Virus record (IMG/VR): IMGVR_UViG_3300023179_000009
Location: 248,001-312,000 of that record
Reading direction: 5' to 3' (one strand)
DNA length: 64,000 bases
Within the stretch, counting starts at the first letter, position 1. Every line of letters begins with the position of its first letter. Shown one piece after another: positions 57,999 to 64,000 of the stretch. The notes under the pieces were generated by a model. The model saw only the letters and a list, made by a program, of their open reading frames with translations, did not search any database and had not been told where the DNA came from. Made by a program: the position numbers and the translations under genes.

Positions 57999-60900
57999 AA
58001 CCATGAAAGAAACCATTGCTAAAAAGTGGGTGAAAGCACTTCGGTCTGGTAAGTACAAGCAAGGAAAAGATTTGTTAAAAAAGATTACCAAGAAACAAGA
58101 ACAGCATTGTTGCTTGGGAGTTCTCTGCGATCTTTACAACAAAGAACAAAAATTAAAGAATAAGCCACCGATTAAGCAGAAGATTGAGCGAGACATCTCA
58201 AATCGTTATGATCTTGTTCGTTTTGGCACCACAGCCGAATTGTTACCAACAACGGTTAGGCGTTGGGCTGGTGTAAAAACAAGCGATGGCATGATATTGT
58301 TTAAAGATTACATACATCGTGATAGTTTATCGAGTTTAAATGATCGAGGTGTTACTTTTAAGAAAATTGCCAACTTGATTGAAAAACACTTTAAGTACCT
58401 TTAAGGAAACACAAATGTCAAGTGCTATTTTAGAAGAAAAGAAGATAGAGAAAACGGCAAAAACTTCAGAGAATCAAATTTTGGATATGCTTTGGAGAGA
58501 AAAAGGCAAGCCAAAAAATTATCTCAAAATCAAAGTTGTAAATGTTTTTGACAACGCCTACAGAGTAAATGTTTGGTCTGAGTTTGAGGACAAGATTCAC
58601 AAGATCAATCGTGTGAGAATTTCTCATAGTTACTTTTGCAAAGTTGTTGACCAGGAATTGTTGGTGATATAATGAAAAAGATTCTTTTTGTTTTGTTTGT
58701 TTTGATGAGTGGGTGTGATAATGCTAACTCGGAAGTTGACAAGATACTCAAAGCAAAGCAAATTGTTTTGAGTAAAATTAATTTCCCAGACACCGCTGAT
58801 TTTCATGAAATGAAAACCCAAGTTCAGGGAAATAATGTTAGTCTTACTGTGACGGCAAAAAATGCTTTCGGTGTGCCTGCCACTCAAACCTTCACCGTTC
58901 GTGTTGACTAGGAAAAATTATGGGCTACCTTACAACATTCACTATTTACAATGATGGCATACATTTAATCAAAGAACATCCTCAAGATTTTGCAGAGGGT
59001 GTGTTTTCGGCAGCAAATGAATTTAGAAACGCTCCTATTGATATTGCAATTGGCGGATTTGTTAATCTAATTAGGGTGCAAAGAAGTCGTCACGCTGATG
59101 ATAATACCATCTATGTTCACATGGGAAATTGTGTTGTTGAACTAAACCCTTATTCGGAAGAAACTAAACGTCTAGCAGAAACAAAACCTGAGTTTTTCAA
59201 GAAATTAGTGCAGTTTCTTTCTAAAGACGTAAAAGAACTTAAAACCTTGATTAAAAAGAAAAACGATGAATAGTTTTCTTAAAGGTTTTATGAGTTTGTT
59301 TAGTTGGATAGATTCATTTCACGATCTTTCTCCGAAAGATCGTGTTGATCAAGTGTTAGATGATTTTTACAACGATCATCCTTGGATAGAGCGTGATGAT
59401 AATAAGGCTCTTCAAAAAGATGCTGAAACTATAGCAAGAGATTTTTATGAAAGACGATAAAGTTGTAATGAGTTGCATTGCTTTTTTATTTTGGATTTTT
59501 GGCATGAGTCTGATTGTTTATCATGCTGGTTGGGGGGTTGCCATTGGTTTGTTTTTCGTTATGTGGGCTGATAATGTTAATTCGGTTTTAAGATTAGAAA
59601 AATGTGGAATTAAATGGTGGTTTTATGACATCTAAAAAAAGTAACAATCAATATTATTTCGTGTTTGTTTGGGGCGACGTTGAACCAGAGATTCACGGTC
59701 CTTACAAAACTCCACAATCACGTTTTAAAGCAGTTCGTGCTAGCGTCAAAGAAAACGGGCTGGATGGCAATAGTCATTTTTGGCTTGACAACGTGAATGG
59801 TAAACTTGAGATTGGAACATACGCTAGTAGTGATTTTAGTGATATAGTTGAAAATGAAGAGTGTGTATAAAGGATAAATCAATGAGTGAAAATTTTGTTG
59901 ATTATAGTTTTACCGCAACCGGAAGTTGGTCTATACAAAAACAGTTAAAGCCCTTTTTTGGCAGTCTCAACAATGTTATTGGATTTGAATTACCAGACGG
60001 TCGATCTGTTAGGCTGGTAATTGCTCTTGAAGTTGAAAACAAACAGACCGGCGATATGCAATATGTGACCAGTGAGCGAGAAATGGATGATTTAGGATTT
60101 TATGCTTTAGAGTATGATCGTCTCGATTTTGAAATGTTAGAAGAGTGATTTTGATACCAACTAGCAAAGCGTAATTTCAAACTAAAAAAAGGAACTTAAA
60201 AATGTCGAAAGTCAAGCGTTGCGTTGAATTGTCTCGTCAAGAAGCCGAAATTTTGGTCGCAGAGAACATTTACGAAACTTTGGTAAATGACGCCAATTAT
60301 TTAAAAGAACTTATTCTTGAAGATGGGTTTGACGATCATTTTGGGCCTGTGAAAAATTTTACCGATGAAGCACTTGCCGACAGGATTTTTGAATTAAATC
60401 TTGCTGAGAAAATCGCACAGGACAACGATGCTGAAATGGTTGTTTTGCGTCTTAATCAAATTAGTAATTTTGTTGTTTACGAACGAGAAGATGAGTTGAA
60501 TATCAACACCACGGCTGTTGACACAATCGTTCACGCCGGTTAAAACTTCGATACCAACTAGGACCACGCCAGTTCACAAAGGAGTAAAAATGAAAAAGTT
60601 TAATATCCCAGAGAAGTGTATCATCAAGTATCTTCGTGATCGCAAGCGAAATCCTTGTGGAGTTTTGGTTGCCGCAAGAAGAACTGACGGAACGGTGAGT
60701 GTTCATTACTCATATTGCAACAAGAAGACTGATCGCTTTAACAAGTTCACCGCCTTGACGATTGCTTTTGGTCGTGCGTTAGAAGATAAGCCTTACGAAG
60801 ATTTTAGCAAACTTCCTCGCCATGTGCAGCGTGAATTGGCTGAGTTTAACACAAGAGCAACTAAGTATTTTAAGGTTAACAAGGAAGAAATTTGTAGTTG

Positions 60901-61511
60901 GATGTGATTTATGAATAATATCCAAAACTTGTTGCATCAACTTGAAAGCGAATACATTTTAGAAAAGGCGAATCATCAAAAAACAGTTGACCGCAACTGT
61001 GAGTTGTTCAAGATTTTGGCAACTGTTAAGAATGATTTAGAAAAAACTCTCAAAAAGCCAGAATCGTTAAAAGAAACAGTTTATGGTTGTATCAATTTGT
61101 TGAGAGCAAACACTCCTTATTACAGCACAAATGAAGGTTGTAATAAAATTGATCCGCCCTTAACAGAAGATCAGAAGACTTTATGAACAATCAACGTGAC
61201 GATTTGATTTTAGAATTGAAAGAAATGCAAGGTTTAGGTGTTTTTGTGAGCGAAAAATGCTTAGATCATGCAAAAACTGCGGATTTGAGTGAATATTGTT
61301 GCAAGATTTCAGATCTGGCGAGTTTATTCTTGGAGTTGTACAATTGAGTGATTATGTTGTTTGTTGGTTTGGTGCGATTGCCAAACATTGGGAAGTAATT
61401 TCTGGTTATGATGCAATGCAAGAAAGAGTAAACGAACTGGTGGAAAAGGGGGTTAAAGAAGATGATATTGTAGTCGGAGAAATTACAAAAGATACAGAGT
61501 AAGAAAATGTT

Positions 61512-61583
61512 GCCGATGTAGCACAACGGCAGTGCAATTGATTTGTAATCAATAGGTTGGAGGTTCAAATCCTCTCGTCGGCT
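61512..61583 (+). tRNA. tRNA-Thr(TGT)
   Basis: GCCGATG/CGTCGGC acceptor, ATTGA-TTTGTAA-TCAAT anticodon arm, GGAGG-TTCAAAT-CCTCT T arm. Confidence 0.9.
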
Positions 61584-61587
61584 CTTT

Positions 61588-61659
61588 GGCCCTGTGGTGA
61601 AATAGATATCACAACTCTCTTCTAAAGAGTTATTCCTCGTGCGATTCGAGGCAGGGCTA
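61588..61659 (+). tRNA. tRNA-Arg(TCT)
   Basis: GGCCCTG/CAGGGCT acceptor, ACTCT-CTTCTAA-AGAGT anticodon arm, CCTCG-TGCGATT-CGAGG T arm (atypical TGC loop). Confidence 0.8.
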
Positions 61660-62202
61660 CTTTTTTCTAATGTATTTTTTTGTGTTTATTTCTTCATGTA
61701 CTTCTCGGTGACAATTAGAACAAAACAAGTTGCATTTATCTAATTCTCGCTTCATTTCTTCATTAAAACACCGTTGCTTTGCGTGGGCTATTGTAAAGTC
61801 TTTTTTAGATGGATCTTTGTGATGAAACTCTAGAGCTGCCTTGCATTTTTTATACCCGCATTTTTCACATTTTCCTCCCTTGTACTTAATCATTTTTAAT
61901 TTAATTTGTCTTTGTCTTGCGATTGTCTGCTCATTGGTGCATATTTTGCAATAAACAGAAGAGTTTGGCTTTCCTCTTCGTGAATAAAAATCTTCTGTAG
62001 GAACCTGTTCTTTACATCGAGGACAAAAGCGGAATTCCCCGTACTCCCCTGTGGGCTTGTCTTTAAATGTGACAAACTTTGATTTTAGTTCATGTTTTTT
62101 AGTCCAGTAACGGATAGTGGTTAAAGACTTGCCAGTTTTTTTACTAATTTGATTTAATGATAAATTTTGATTGATATAATTTTCAAGAATATGTTTTTCC
62201 AT
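61657..62202 (-). CDS. HNH endonuclease with N-terminal HTH and Zn finger (paralog of 47427..47972)
   Basis: KGGKCEKCGY...ALEFHH.DP..K...ELDKCNLFCSNCHREVH; its stop codon overlaps the tRNA-Arg 3' end. Confidence 0.85.
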   Translation of the reverse strand: MEKHILENYINQNLSLNQISKKTGKSLTTIRYWTKKHELKSKFVTFKDKPTGEYGEFRFCPRCKEQVPTEDFYSRRGKPNSSVYCKICTNEQTIARQRQIKLKMIKYKGGKCEKCGYKKCKAALEFHHKDPSKKDFTIAHAKQRCFNEEMKRELDKCNLFCSNCHREVHEEINTKKYIRKK

Positions 62203-64000
62203 ACTCTATAATAGTGGATTATTTTGATTTTTTATCCCTTTTTGCTATAATCTCCTTTTCATTAACTACAAGTAAGATTATGAGCGATAAAATCACAAAA
62301 GATGAAATAGAATACGTAGAGATGTTGTGTCTTCAAACAAACACACCAGTTCCAAGCGATTTAAGAGAATATACAGTTAAGCAGTTGTTTGATTTTCTTA
62401 GCATATTAAGAAAAAAAACAACTAATGATAATCGCACCAATGTGCAACTAGACAATCGTATGCCCAATGTATCCTCTGTAAATTTTGAAGGTGAATGATG
62501 AGAGTTGTGGCAAAAACGCCCTCGGGTTGGTATGAAAGAAAAAATATCAAACTAACACCAACCGAACGACAAGAATTGTTTTATGGTTGTGATGATGTTA
62601 AGCGTGAACAAATTGTGAAAAATTTTAAAGAACAATCCATTGTCAAATTAAACGATAACGAAATAGATTGTTTTGAAAAAATTTTTCAATCATTTAACAT
62701 AGATGGCGAATTAGTTATTGCTAATTTGATGATTCACTCTTGTAGGGCCACAGTAGTTACCAAAAATAAGAACACGTTCACAAGGACTGAGCATCAATGG
62801 TCAAGTTAACGCAAGAAGATATTGAAAATCTAAAAACGGTTCTTAACGAACAGTTTGAGAGCATACAAAGATTAATGCCTTTGTTGTATGCTACTTGCAA
62901 ACAACCAAAAGATTTTCAAGAAATTTATCAAGATATTTTAGAGTGCAATACAGTGATGATGGAGATAATTGAAGGCCCAAAAGGCGGCATTGAAAAACTC
63001 ATAGATCGAACGATTTAATCGCAATGTGTGGAACATATCTTGAAAAGTCGTTTTGAAAATCACCCCACCGAAACGCTCATTCGATACCATCTAGCGTGTC
63101 AGAGAACACTAGTTGTCTTAAAAAGTGAAAACATCACTCAACTGATTGTTGAGTTACAAAATGAATTGAGTCGTAGAAATGAAACTGTTTGCAATTTTCA
63201 AGAATGAAGAATTTTTAGGAACAGTGAAAAATTTTAGTGGTGGTGGTCTTAGAGATTGGGCAAGTCAGTTCTATAAAATTCCTATTGTTGAAATCAAAGT
63301 TTATGAACTTGTTGAGGTGAAGTAAAATTCATCTAATCAAATTCTAATAGTAAAATGGTAAAATCATAGTATTACTAATTTACTATGACTAACATTTTAT
63401 TATGGATCGCTTTGTCCGCTCATGTTTTTTTTCTTTTTAGAGTAAGAAATTCTCCTGCTCAAAGTAAAAAGAAAAAAAGAATTCCAAAGCAATATATCGA
63501 AACAAAAAAATATATCAAAAGTTTAGAAAAACAAGTTGTGGATTTAGGACTTTTACAAACTAAGCCTTAAAAATGTCTCATTTAAATCTTGTTGATTTGG
63601 AACCAGAGTATCGTCAATCGGTTGTTGCTTTCCGCCAACTGCTCGATATGCTTCGTGAAGGTGTTGAAGAACCCGTAGGTGAAACATCGAAGATTGTGGT
63701 TCGTTGGCACGAATGCGATTTTATGGGATTGTGTAGCATTGATCCGATTGAAAGCGATTCTATAGATTCCAGGTACAGTTTTTTGGTTGAAAGGATTTTG
63801 AGTCGTTGGAACAATGTTGTTGGTTCAACGATTCGTTTAAACGACAAAATAGCATATCACTTAAATGTTGATAAGAGTTTGGTGTGGCGCAGTTTTTTCG
63901 ATGACGGAAAGTAAACGATGGAACAACAATGCGATGTAAATTTGTGGGTTGTTAAAGTGTTAGACAACCGAACCGAAAATTTTAATATTATCGGTGGTAT

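Larger units (their letters stand above)
17392..63094 (+). promoter_or_regulatory. dispersed 14-bp intergenic motif family, consensus TTGATACCAACTAG (about 25 copies)
   Basis: 14-mer starts: 17392, 19828v, 21762, 25105v, 35869, 36376, 38514, 42185v, 42934, 43819, 46208, 48341, 50498, 50941v, 51226v, 51436, 51684, 55154, 56525, 56966, 57343, 57542, 60151, 60548, 63081v (v = variant in central 3 nt). All copies are on the + strand and nearly all are at gene junctions. The regulatory role is inferred. Confidence 0.8.

Noticed and set aside
1-64000. Stop-codon reassignment, as seen in some large phages
   Set aside because: Known proteins are full length in code 11, TAA, TAG and TGA all terminate genes, and no suppressor tRNA was seen

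Overview
This AT-rich, gene-dense window is almost entirely on the + strand and reads as part of a large (jumbo-type) bacteriophage genome. It has many small orphan ORFs, rIIA/rIIB-like genes, two RNA ligases, a DNA ligase, UvsE, TilS, three tRNAs, homing endonucleases and host-like regulators (ClpX, CsrA, a sigma factor, MscL). No capsid or terminase genes are visible, so phage origin is an inference. Main observations: (1) A compact type V CRISPR locus with no adaptation genes. It has a 541-aa TnpB/Cas12-like RuvC nuclease with an intact D/E/D triad (29156-30781), a putative tracrRNA with two anti-repeat segments and a terminator, a leader with a sigma70-like promoter, and a 36-bp-repeat array with 9 spacers (31114-31772). 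(2) An exact 37-bp direct repeat of the mscL 5' end brackets the whole cas-CRISPR unit, so it looks like an inserted cassette. (3) About 25 same-strand copies of a 14-bp motif (consensus TTGATACCAACTAG) sit at gene junctions from 17.4 kb to 63.1 kb. They are a candidate phage-specific promoter/operator or cassette site, and a sigma-factor gene lies in the first unit. (4) A glycosyltransferase/carbamoyltransferase/radical-SAM cluster includes three SPASM-first radical SAM paralogs with a non-canonical CX13-14CX2C motif. One of them is followed by a LAGLIDADG endonuclease flanked by a partly recoded duplicate of the gene's last 60 codons. (5) Two related HNH genes each abut a tRNA 3' end. All calls come from reading motifs by eye; no searches were run.
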